A stretch of 64,000 nucleotides of DNA from Chrysomallon squamiferum (lineage: Eukaryota > Animalia > Mollusca): positions 16,120,001 to 16,184,000 of the forward strand of contig CM022668.1 in NCBI GenBank assembly GCA_012295275.1, written 5' to 3'. Shown here piece by piece: positions 27,536-38,967 of this stretch. The notes beneath the pieces were generated by a model. That model was not told the origin of the DNA. It ran no database searches and saw only the letters and a list, made by a program, of their open reading frames with translations. The position numbers and the translations under genes are program-made. Position 1 is the first letter of the stretch. Every line of letters starts with the position of its first letter.

Positions 27536-30500
27536 CATTTGGACTGAACTGCAGAACTGGGTAAGCAAAATAACTTTTTTTAAATGCAAATAGGCTTAAT
27601 TAATGTTTATGTTGTTTGTATCAGTTATCTTAGTATGTCACTGAATGTGTATTTATATTTATATTTGTATTTTCAGGTGTGTATTTTGTTTTGATTTTTT
27701 TCTTAATATATTTAAAAAATTAATTTAAAAAATAGAAACTAGACGAAATGTTTGGTTTCTAAATCTATGACACACTTTTGACAGTAAACATTGTGGAATG
27801 ACTCAGATAGCAATTTTATTTTAATTTTTTTAAAATATATTTTCTGTTTTTAAATAATAAGTGTTAAATCAGACTTTTTGTGTTTTGCAGGACACAACTG
27901 GGGTAGTGAGCATGACCCCGCCTCAGGAGAGTGTGCCCCAGGCTCGATTGTGGGGAAAGGAAAATATCTGATGTATTCCTACTCTGTCAGTGGCTACGAC
28001 TCAAATAATGACGTAAATATCTTTGTAAACTCAGTCAGTAGACTCAAATAATGACGTAAATATCTTTGTAAACTCAGTCAGTAGACTCGAATAATGACGT
28101 AAATATCTTTGTAAACTCAGTCAGTAGACTCAAATAATGACGTAAATATCTTTATAAACTCAGTCAGTAGACTCAAATAATGATGTAAATATCTTTATAA
28201 ACTGTCAGTGGCTATGACTCAAATAATGACATAAATATCTTTGTAAACTCAGTCAGTAGACTCAAATAATGACGTAAATATCTTTGTAAACTCAGTCAGT
28301 AGACTCAAATAATGATGTAAATATCTTTGTAAACTGTCAGTGGCTATGACTCAAATAATGACGTAAATACCTTCGTAAACTCTGTTCGGACCCATTTGTT
28401 TAAATTTAAACACATGTGGAGTATCATGTTATTTATGGTGTTTTAATTGTATGAATATTTTGGATTTAAGAATTGGAAGGTATAACTTAAGAATGGTATT
28501 TAGGTCTAAATTCAAAATCCCTCATATATGAATGTACACTGATGTTAGTTTTATATATTATTTTTGATAATTTGTGCACGAAAGTAAAATTTGTTTTCTC
28601 TAAACCATCAAAAATGTGTTAATGTTCATTCACATAAGAATATGTTTAAGCTACATATATATATATATATATATGTTCATACATACACAAACACACACAC
28701 ACATGAACATATATTCATTTATACATACATGTTGTTTATACAGATTAAAATTTTATAGTTTGATAGTTTAAAAAGAAATGTCCATTAATTGTTATTTTCC
28801 TTGTTTTTTTCAGAAATTCAGTTCTTGCAGCAAATTCCTGATCAATGAGGTTTTACAGAGCAAAGGTTTACAAGGATGTTTCAAAGGTTTGTTAATCATT
28901 AATTTTACAAACACTGTCTATTTGTCAGTTTAAATGATGCATTAATTTTGTGTTCTGTCATTGATATTATTAATTAGTTTAATGAATGCACAGTGTTATA
29001 AGTAATAAATATTGAGTCATAAATGAGATTAACTAATTTTATTTTAACTTTGCTGATAAACATAACCTTTGATATATTAGTGATGTCAGAAAGAATTCCT
29101 TTTAACATGCAGTTGAATTATCTATGTACTTTTTTAATAAACACATGAACAAATAAATAATTTAATACATAAAACAAACAAACAAAAAATCAAACAAACA
29201 AACACACAAATAAAAAACAAAGAAATAAAAACATAAATAAATTTTATTCAAAATCTCAGCTTTTCCTGAATGTTCTACTGATGTGGCTAAGAAGAAGAAA
29301 AAAAAAAACACAAAAAAACATATTAAAAAACATAAAAAATGTATTTCTAAATATGTTTAATATAAATTTAATATAAATTTAAATTAAAATGTTTATTTTT
29401 GTACAGAGAGAGTGACAAGCAGTCTGTGTGGTAATGCAGTGATTGATAGCAATGAACAGTGTGACGCTGGTTATCTCGGGAAATTTGGTCTTGATCCATG
29501 TTGCAGTTCTACCTGTCAGCTGATTGGAAGTGCTGAATGCAGGTGAAAATCTTTCTTTTTATGAGGAACCATTCATGTAATGTGACAGCCCAGTGATGGG
29601 GGTTTCATGTTTTAATCAAGGGAGTTCCAGGTTTTCTGGAGTGTTTGATCAGGCTGTTTATAGGGGATGATCATATTTTGTGGAGGGGAGGATCAGGTTT
29701 TGCAAAGGAGATGATCAGGTTTTATGAAGGAGATGATCAGAAGGGAATATTCAGGCTTTATGTAGGGAAGGTTTTATGATAAGAAGGTTGAGTTTTTAAT
29801 GAGGATATGTTCATATGTTATTGAGGGAGGGATATTTCAAAAACATGTTTTGGTGCATTTCTGTTTACTCTTCATCTCAGTAGACTAAAGTCATTGGTCT
29901 GTACTATTATGAAAACCTGTTACCCATTTTATCCCCAGTGTCTGTGTATTACAGAAATAAGCTAAAAATCTCAGTTGTATTGTTCTGGATAAGTAAACAG
30001 CATTTAGAGCTAATGTTAGAAATATGTTCTAACTGGCCTGTCATCTGTCTGTTTATTTAATTGTCTTGTATGAATTCTAAACAGTGCACACAATAACAAA
30101 TATTTTTACTTTTTATTCCAGTCCTGTGAATCATGAATGTTGTGTTGACTGTAAGACAGCAAGGATTGGTTACGTCTGTAACCAAGGAAGCTCAAATTCC
30201 TGCAAGAAAACATCTCACTGTCTATATCCTTAACTTGGTTACCTTGGTTACGTTCCATCATGCCAAATCTTAAGTTTAAATTGATAGGCTATAACAAGCA
30301 TTGTCTCACTAAAAAAAAAAAACCTAAAAATGATTTTGTTTATAAATTTATACAATTTTTTCTTCTTCTGTTTTGTGGCTATTTTATTATTAACAAAGAT
30401 CAGACATCAATTGTACATAATGAAAATATTTTGAAGTATGAAAGTTGTATATGTATGTATGTGCAACCATAAGTTCATTTTATTTTGAAAACTGATAAAT

Positions 30501-33500
30501 ATTTGCCTTAAGTAAGAATCTGAATAACTTTATGTATGTTAGAGGTTTACATACACACAAGTATGTGCTGCCAAAGGTTAATATTGTATAGAAAACTGAC
30601 GAATGTTTTATAAGTATTTTCCTTAACGAAAGTCACTGGGGATGGGCTTACCTGCCCAACACCTACAAATGCAGATGACAACACTGACTGTTTGGATGGG
30701 TGAGTTTTATTTTTTGTTTTTTTCAATAGTAAAAATTGCATTTCAGTTTTAAATGTTTCACAGCTGATACTGACATGGCATATAACTTTACATAAATTTT
30801 GTTCTGTAAGACATTGTAATTTAGTCACTTAAATTTAAAATCTTTTTAAATTGGTATAGCATTTAGAAAAATTTAATTTTTTAATCCTACAAAAAAAACA
30901 AAATGATAATTATTAACTGCTAAATGTGACTGGGGTGTGTTATGTTATTAAATAATATTTGCTCAGTTTAAATCAGATGTATTTATGTCTCTGCTTGTTT
31001 ATCTGTGTGTCTGTCAGCATTTTTTCATCTATCTACTTCTTTTTTCTTTCTTTAGCTATTTTTATTTATTTATGTATTTATTTATTTATTTATTTATTAT
31101 ATTTCAGGGGTAAATGTTTCCAGGGTGTCTGCAAACCTTTCTGTGAGGCAAGAGGTTTAGTAACCTGTGTTTGCGAGGAAGGTCAGTTGAGAATCATTAA
31201 AATTTAATTTTATTAGAAGAAACACTGAAAATATAATGTGGGGCTGTTTAAAATGATACCACTCATATATACATAACTATATATATATATATTTGTGCAT
31301 GTGTGTGTGTGTATGTGTTACAGGAATTATGTATAATCAGAACATATGTGTAATTCCTGAAAATTTCACAGAATATGTGTAAATTCTGGTTCCATCAGGA
31401 AACTGGCAACACAAAGTCTGTAGTAGATCATCCTCTGACTGTAACTGATGGAAATGTTCACAAGGGAGGCTAGATCATTGCAGTCCAGTGCAAACTTCAC
31501 AACCCAACAGTGCTGCAAATGGGGAACACTTAATTCTGTTGTGAAAACTAGACTCCTGAAACTGAATAAATTCAAGACCAAAAGTCCATTCTGTTATATT
31601 GTTTTCTCCTCCTAACCAACAAACAGCCATGTCCTCAATGTCACAGCTTGCTCTTTCTGCAGACACACTTGACTCTGTGGATGTCAAGGTTTTTATTTGG
31701 ACCATCGTCACCTCTGTCCAGTTTACTTTCACTTCAATGATTCCACATATTTTCTGAAATTTTGAGGAATTACAGATATTTCCTATTAATACATATTTTC
31801 TATAATATTTATATATATAAATGAATGTGTTTCCACTGAATAAATAAATACAAATATTATAATTTCATTGCAGTGGCCAGTTCTTGTCTGCGATGTTGTA
31901 GAAATAACACAAATTCAACATGTCAGCCGTACAGTGAAAACACCCCACTGCCTAATGGCAGACCTTGTATCCAGGGTTACTGTGATGAGGTCAGTACCAT
32001 CTCTTGTACCCTCTCTTGTAACCTACAGAAATAAATATCATACCAGATGTGTAACATTCTGTTACTTGTATAAATAAACATCATCTTCAAACCTCCATTT
32101 GAGTAAATCTGTTTAAAATTCTGTAGATGTCTAAGGTTGTGAATTATATTTTAAACAGTTCAAATTTATTCCAGTTAATCTATTTAAAATTCTGCAGATG
32201 TAAAAATTCAGCAAAAATCTAAGATAATGAATTATAATTTAAATAGAAGAAATTAATTTATTTTTGAATAGTTGTTAAATTATATTCTTCTGCTTTGTGG
32301 ACTTAAAGAATGTTAAACTGAAATGGTGATACATAAATAAGCCATAAAAGAAGTCAAAAATTTAAATTAAAACATTATAACCACAAAAAAAGAAAAGAAA
32401 AGGAAAATAAAATTCTTTTGTAAGAGATATCTAAATCTTCATCTGTTCTAAGTAATATAATCAGTTTAAAATTTAATGTTTCATTTCTGTTTTTCAGGGT
32501 TCCTGCAAAAAGACTGTACAAAACACAATTGAAAGATTGTTTTCCATCATTCAGAATTTATCAGTTGACAAAATAGGTGAGTATAGAATAAATAACTTTC
32601 TTCTTCTTAATTTCATAATTGTGATAATGATCCCAAAATATTAAAATATACATTAACACATCCCGTAAGTAAACACAAAAACATTAGAAACTGGAAAAAT
32701 TGTATAATGTAAAACAGAGTTATCTGTCCTTGTATGATATAAAATTATTGTTTAATATATAAATGTATATGTCATGTGAAGACAGAACAAGCTTTTTCTT
32801 CTTTTATGTAGAAAATTAAATAAATTATTAAATCTTCATGATCTTGATATTTAGTTCTAGACTTGTTATGGATGTTAATTTTTTTTTTTTTCTTTCAGTG
32901 GAGTTTTTCAGAAATAACATGGTGGGCACAGTCTTGATATTTTCTCTCCTAGTGTGGATTCCTGTTTGTATTTTTCTCAGCTTAAGGGTAAGAAAATAAT
33001 AATAATAATAATAATAATAATAAGAAGAAGAAGAAGAAGAAGAAGAAGAAAGAAAAAGAAATAAAAATACCTTACACAAAATTAATATGAACTTTGATGA
33101 TAAGAATAATTTGTTTTTTGTTTATTCCAAAGCAGTTTTTTAAATTAATGACTGAAAACGTTTTTGTTACTAATGAAGTATGATGAATAATTTAACAAGC
33201 TCATCAGTATAATAATCTATTTTACAGTGATGAATTTTCTTCTTAAAACATTTTTGTTTAATTTCTGAGAAAATGTATATAAATCGAATATTATGTTATA
33301 AAAACATCACTTAGATAATGAATAATATTCACTGATAGGTGGTTTAGAAGATACTATATTAGTATTTGTTTAAATTATACAGATATTAAAAAGATATTAA
33401 ATGTTTTTGTTATTAAAGGATTATGAAAGGAAGAAGAGATTCAAGACTGACATGTATCGCGAAATAAGACGTGTATGTATTTTTTTCATCATAAACTTTG

Positions 33501-34635
33501 GTTTTCAAGTACTTTATTCACAGTTACACAGACTGTGATTTAGCATTAACCACAGACCACAATCTTCAGAATATTCCTTAATTATTATTAAATCCATTTA
33601 TTTATCAAGTTTTTTTTTTAGAGGTTTTGTTTTTCATGTATGACGATAAAAAATAATTTGAAAAAATAAAACCTATGGTAAAGGTTAATAGCAAATGTAT
33701 TGATTGATAATAATGCGATTCAAAAGTTTCAGTGTATGTCATTTTATTAATTATTTTTTATTTATTTTAATCTGAATAGAATGTGTCAAATCTACCCAGT
33801 TTTCTGAACAGGTGCAAACTGTTTTAAATATTTAATATGTAGTTTTACTAAAACTGTTTATTTATATTAATGGATTGAAATTTTGTTTTAATGTCAATAG
33901 AATTTGTCAAATAAATTTTTTTTTTTTTTAATGGATGTTTAAAGTCTTTTAAATATTTAATGTATATTATTTTTTGAAAATGTACTGATTGAGTTATTCA
34001 GTATTATCTATTTTATTAAAAAAAAAAATAAATAAATAAAAATTATTCTTTTGCAGTATTGAATATTTCAAATAAATTTAACTAGAATGAGTCAGATCTG
34101 GTCAGGATTAAAATGCTTTAAATATTAAATATACAGTTTTAGTGAAAATGTATCATTTAATAGTTGTCAGTAAAGTTTTTTTTTTATATTGGCCATTTTA
34201 TGAAATTAAATTTTTAATTATCTTCACTGGAATGGGTCAGATTTTAATGGATTTTTAAAATCTTTTAAATATTTAACCTCTGCTATTATTGGAAAATGTT
34301 TTGTTTGATATGCCATTAAACTGATTTGGTTTAGACTGTTTTAAAAAATATTTTAATTTATATTTTCTTTCGATGGATAAAATTTTCTGTTTAATTTGAA
34401 TACAGTGTGTCCAGATCTACATAATTTCTTATATACATTCTCTACTTGGAAACTATGTTATTTTCTAAGTTGGTTTTTGACGTGGACTGTTTTATTATTT
34501 TTCTGTGTTTTAAAGGATCGAAACTTGGTGTTTGATGAAGATGGCAGAAAAACAAAAATTCAGCAGAAAGTGCAAAGGCGACGACAACAATCAAGTAGCT
34601 CATCAGAACATGTCTACGACCTTGCCAGGTTCTGA
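20389..34635 (+). CDS. ADAM17: ADAM17/TACE-like disintegrin and metalloproteinase, 734 aa, 24 exons
   Basis: Exons: 20389-20449, 21567-21702, 22235-22368, 22940-23028, 23337-23452, 23991-24067, 24787-24905, 25427-25516, 25992-26087, 26380-26518, 26804-26833, 27115-27198, 27555-27560, 27891-28012, 28814-28886, 29407-29542, 30122-30223, 30637-30699, 31108-31181, 31874-31989, 32498-32576, 32899-32987, 33419-33472, 34516-34635 (2205 nt, open). Domains: signal peptide MITLFCVSVIIGQAFINVALA; prodomain with RSKR, cysteine switch FCG and furin site RPKR; catalytic CLAHLFTH..LGLAYIAS..GGIC..ADLVTAHELGHNWGSEHDP and Met-turn YLMY; disintegrin CGNAVIDSNEQCDAG; membrane-proximal CKPFCE..CLRCC; TM NNMVGTVLIFSLLVWIPVCIFL, which is ADAM17-type. 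Confidence 0.92.
21270..21490 (+). mobile_element. Degraded SINE remnant resembling the Nin-domain SINE core
   Basis: The segment 'tattcctgtctgtgggatggtattataaaacaccactttctgcta...ggctttcctct' resembles the Nin-SINE central domain as recalled. No alignment was run. Confidence 0.5.
21703..22234 (+). other. GC-AG intron of ADAM17 (intron 2)
   Basis: Donor is AACAG|GCAAGT. The neighbouring GT 4 nt downstream shifts the frame and gives an early TGA in exon 3. Confidence 0.85.
22570..22910. repeat. Long (ATT)n microsatellite directly upstream of the ADAM17 exon 4 acceptor
   Basis: Over 300 nt of imperfect ATT repeats. Similar tracts lie at about 1790-1960, 20040-20160, 48088-48190, 48958-49190, 57700-57790 and 61160-61275. 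Confidence 0.9.
26804..26833 (+). other. 30-nt ADAM17 exon (IFATSPHDSF)
   Basis: attaaag|TATTTGCAACATCACCTCATGATTCTTTCA|gtaaga, phase 1-1. It restores the 14-residue spacing between the Cys of GGIC and NTG, matching human ADAM17 as recalled. Confidence 0.75.
27555..27560 (+). other. 6-nt microexon completing the catalytic Glu-Leu of HELGH
   Basis: ctgcag|AACTGG|gtaagc, preceded by a poly-T tract of about 37 nt. CAC G + AA CTG G + GA CAC reads H-E-L-G-H. Confidence 0.9.
27985..28385 (+). repeat. About 43-bp tandem repeat duplicating the end of ADAM17 exon 14 and its donor
   Basis: About 9 copies of gactcaaataatgac|gtaaatatctttgtaaactcagtcagta. Some copies carry the longer exon-derived ctgtcagtggctatgac. 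Confidence 0.9.
30224..30636 (+). other. U12-type (minor spliceosome) AT-AC intron in ADAM17
   Basis: 5' site |ATATCCTT, branch site TTCCTTAAC at 30619-30627, and terminal AC| 9 nt later. Joining gives SHCL|GDGLTCP, keeping the disintegrin cysteine pattern in frame. Confidence 0.93.
31319..31804. mobile_element. MITE-like non-autonomous DNA transposon (possibly Tc1/mariner type)
   Basis: Imperfect terminal inverted repeats of about 60 bp. The core gtaattcctgaaaatttcacagaatatgtgtaa (31350-31382) matches the reverse complement of 31741-31773 at 29/33 positions. TA lies at both ends. Confidence 0.7.
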
Positions 34636-34835
34636 TATTCACACACACACATATATATATATATATGTATGTATGTATGTATGAATGATATAATCAGGTT
34701 CTGATATTCACACACACACACATATATATATGTATGTATGAATGATATAATCAGGTTCTGATATACTGGCTTATTATATAGCAAAGTTCTGATATCTTGT
34801 GTCTTTATGATAAACCAAGTTTTGATATTTTATAT

Positions 34836-34964
34836 CAGGGGTTGGCAACCTTTTGGAGAGAGGGGGGGTCTAGACAGCTATGAACTGTTTTGGAGGAGGG
34901 CCAACATACCAAATGTATTATATATATATACACACAAACACACACATGCACAAACATACACCTA

Positions 34965-35057
<93 letters not shown>

Positions 35058-35231
35058 TGTCTTCAGTATTGAGCACTAAAAAGTGATGCTAGGAAGCAAG
35101 GTTGCTTTGATCTGGAGGTTTAAAGAAAAAACAAAGAAGTTAATGTAACAATTGATGTCCAGGTGTTCAGCTGGTGGGCGGGACCAAAATCCCTGGCGGG
35201 CGGGATGTGGCCCGTGGGTTGCCAAACCCTG
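34836..35231. mobile_element. Non-autonomous hAT (Charlie-like) element in the ADAM17 3' UTR region, with an internal (CT)n tract
   Basis: TIRs CAGGGGTTGGCAACC and GGTTGCCAAACCCTG, with GC-rich subterminal GGGCGGGATGTGGCCCG typical of such elements. The putative 8-bp TSD matches only 5/8. Confidence 0.65.
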
Positions 35232-37124
35232 TCTCATTTGTATATTTGCCAAGTTTTTATATCCTATATCTATACGATATAACCAAGTTTTGATATCTTA
35301 TATCTATATGATATAACCAAGTTTTGATATCTTACAAATCTGTGATATAGCCATACATCTGATGTTGTACATTTTATATATTTCACATTTATAAGATTAA
35401 CAATTGCGATTTGCTCATTCACATCAGAACTGAGTTCTGATACACAATACAGTCCTATTCTGATATTGCATCTATCTAGTTCTGATACTGTACATAATTA
35501 TATTCTATGTATGTATTTCATTCTAATGCACAAATGTTTTTCGTGGAAACGCTGTAATACTGCTGTTTGAAAGAATTACTTGATTAATATTCATCTAATC
35601 GTGTATTAAATTTTATGGTAGTCATTGTCAAATGTCGCTTGGTTTTTGTTTACCATGTTGTCTTAAATAAAATTATGATGTGAGAGAAAAACTACTGAAA
35701 TTGCTCAATTGTTTGCTGTTTGTATTATGTTAGTTTTCATAATATCTGTACATATTAATTTTTATATTTTTTACTAGTATTAGCAGTTTACAAAATCAGT
35801 TGAGCTTTATGATCAAAAATGGTAGTTTATAAGCGATGTGTATGCAATCAGATATGTTTAAAATTTGACAAAAATTTGTACTAGTGAAACAATGGCAAAA
35901 TTATATAAAATTTTAGTTTGTATGATAGATGCAAATTTTAAAAAAAACTAACTTAATCTTGATATTATTTAAGATATAAAACACACTAGAACTTCACAAA
36001 ACAGTAAATACAGGTTAATAATTGTTGTTTTTTGTTATTGTTTATATTTGGTGTCATATGAAAAATTTAGCATTAATATTGTATTTTATAGTATTTTAAA
36101 GCATTGTTCAATGTTCCATATATGTTTAATATATTTCTACTTTTATCTTAATAATGGTAATGATGATGATGATGATGGTGATGATGATGCATGTGTATAT
36201 GTCTGGTTATGTGTATATAATAATGTATGTAATTGTGTGTGTGTGTGTGTGTGTGAAGGAGATAAATTGTGGAGATTATAAATATTCTTTTGTAGATAAT
36301 AATTATTATGTGATTTAACAACTGGATTATTTATAATTTTCTTACTTGAAATTTATTTGGGTTTTTTGTTTTTATATTTATTAAATACAGTTTATGATTT
36401 AATTTTTTATATTTTTATTATACACATTTTAATTTTTTTTTAAAATATTTTTATAAAAAAAAAAGAAGAAATATTACCTGTTTTTATATCAAATTAAATA
36501 ATATATTTTATGTTTTTTATAATATTAATGTATTTTATGAGAGTGAATTTTATTTTAAAAGAAAAAATATTGCAATTTTTTTTTTTAGTTAATCTGTTTT
36601 ATGTTTCTTATAATATTAATATATTCTGTGATATGAAAGTGAATGTTATTTTAATAATGTCTGAGTTTTACTCTGTTCTGTTTGAAATGTGATATTACTT
36701 GTTGTTTGAGATCTGTTTTTAATTTTGTAAACATTTTATTTACAATTTGTTATTTTTAACACACATATAACTGCACCATTTAGCAATGTTTGAAATTAAA
36801 AACTGAGATTATTCAGTGTTTTTCATATTGTGTTATATTTGTTGAAATAAAATATTTCATAACAAAATGTGTTTGTTTTAAAACACTGTTTTACAAAAAA
36901 TATTTAAAGAATTCTTCCATTTCTTCTTCTTATTATAATTATTATTATTATTATTTTAAAGGATTACTTTATCCAGAGTTATCCAAATAAATAAAAATAG
37001 GATAGTGTATAATTTTGGCATATAGTGGTGGAGCACATACTGGAATGTGAAAAACCTTGCAATTCTATATCTTAGAATGGTGCCTACTTTTCTCAAATTT
37101 ACTTCTTGTAGTAAAAATCAATGT

Positions 37125-37640
37125 AGTAAAAACTATGCTGCCTAGTTTTTTATCAATGTCGTACAAACTATGTAGCTTAGTTCAATATTAATTAAAAACT
37201 CTTCTGTCTAGATTTGTATTTATGAAGTTAAAAACTATGCAGCTTAGTTTTATATTGATTAGTAAACTCTATTCAGACTAGTTTTTAATTATGAAGTTAA
37301 AAGCTATGCAGTCAGTTCTATATTAATGAAGTAAAAACTATGCAGTCAGTTCTATTTTAGACTAGTTTTATAATTATGAGTCAGTTAAAATTAATGCAGT
37401 AAAAACTATGCAGTCACTTCTATATTAATGAAGTAAAAACTATGCAGTCAGTTCTATATTAATGAAGTAAAAACTATGCAGCCTAATTGTGTAGTTGTGA
37501 AGTAAAAACTATGGACTCTAGTTTTGTATTTAAGAAAAAACTATGCAGTTGAGTTTTATTTTGAACAAGAAAAGATGATATAGAATAACTAGAAAAAAAC
37601 CAACTAGTTTTGTACTGATTAAATTCAAACTATGCAGACT
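37125..37640. repeat. Degenerate minisatellite of about 30-35 bp (aaaactatgcagtcagttctatattaatgaagta)n between the convergent ADAM17 and KIF9 3' ends
   Basis: The AAAACTATGCAG core recurs about 10 times. Confidence 0.75.
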
Positions 37641-38967
37641 GATGTACTAAAAATTACTTACCATAGTTTTCATCAATTAAGCAAAAACAAAACACAATGA
37701 CATTCAGAATAATTTATTAACACAATAGTGTATTGAATTCTTAAACAAATAAAAATCATTTTAAATATGTATAAATGTACATATATTTAAATAGGAAAAT
37801 AGGAATGTTTAGTTTTTTTTATCATTTTTTTTTTTTATATAAATTAAAACTTGCTAAGTTTATATATTTAAAGTAAAAGAATAAAATTTATATGCTTCAA
37901 TAAATGTTTGGCTAAAGTGGTATTTACAGTAAAAATGTACAAAGCTGTATAACATTAAAGTCTTTAAAAATAATAATTGTCATGTACAAGTTCCTATTGT
38001 TCTATTTTTAGTAACTTATTTTGATTGGCTTATTTACAACCTCCATTTTTTTTTTAATCAGAAATTCTTAATACTGTATAGTTAAAAGTAAAAAAAAAAA
38101 AAATTAAGGAGGAAAATAATAGCACTGAAAAGATGATAAATTTTAGTATGTTTCTAGTTGTTGTTTTTTGTTTTATTTATTTATTTTTTGTTATATTTTC
38201 AAGTACATCTTCAGTAAATCGGTTTAATAGAACAGTAAGAAATGAAAGCTGTGTGTTGTAAACTCCAAAATAATTTAACTATACATCAAATGAAATCTAT
38301 GTGGAATGCTGAAAAATTTATTATTATTAAATTTTTTAAATCTAATTTTCATAACAGATTTTTTAGGCTTACACAATCCAAAGAACTTCACATCCACATA
38401 TTATTATTATTCTAAACATAATATAAAATTTTGTTGAATTAAATAAACATATAAAAATTAACAGAATATAATGTAAACTTTATCCAAACTAGTGGATAAA
38501 TCTTTAATAGTTTTAAAACCATTCAGCATAACATTTTTATTTATTTGTCAATTTGTGTATTATAATTTTCTTAATTTCTTTTTGTTTAAATTCAAGTTAT
38601 TTTTTTAATAACTTCATATACTACAGAATATAAAATATAACAAAAACAACTGGGTAAAAAATGAAAGTAATATTCGTATTAGTGGTTGTAATATTTTTGC
38701 AATTAAAAATAAATAAATATTAAATAAATTATTCTTAACAATACTGCCAGGTAATATTTTTAACAATGTACGAGTAAGATAAATGTTTTTAAATATGTTA
38801 CGGACATCAAAGAATATAAATATAATACAATCTTCAGTACTTCATACAGTTTAATTGTTTAAAATATCACAAAACTGTTTGTCTGACAAAAATAAATTAT
38901 ATCCTGCACAGCAAACTAAATAAAAATGTACAATATTTTCATGAGATAAAAATGTCTTGAGACCAGT

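Noticed and set aside
20389-34635. ADAM10/kuzbanian assignment
   Set aside because: ADLVTAHELGH, YSVSG, CKPFCE and the N[M/I]VGxVLxFSLxxWIP transmembrane segment are ADAM17-type.
37015-37090. tRNA-like sequence (ggcatatagtggtggagcac...)
   Set aside because: There is an A-box-like start but no intact cloverleaf or B-box. At most it is a decayed SINE head.
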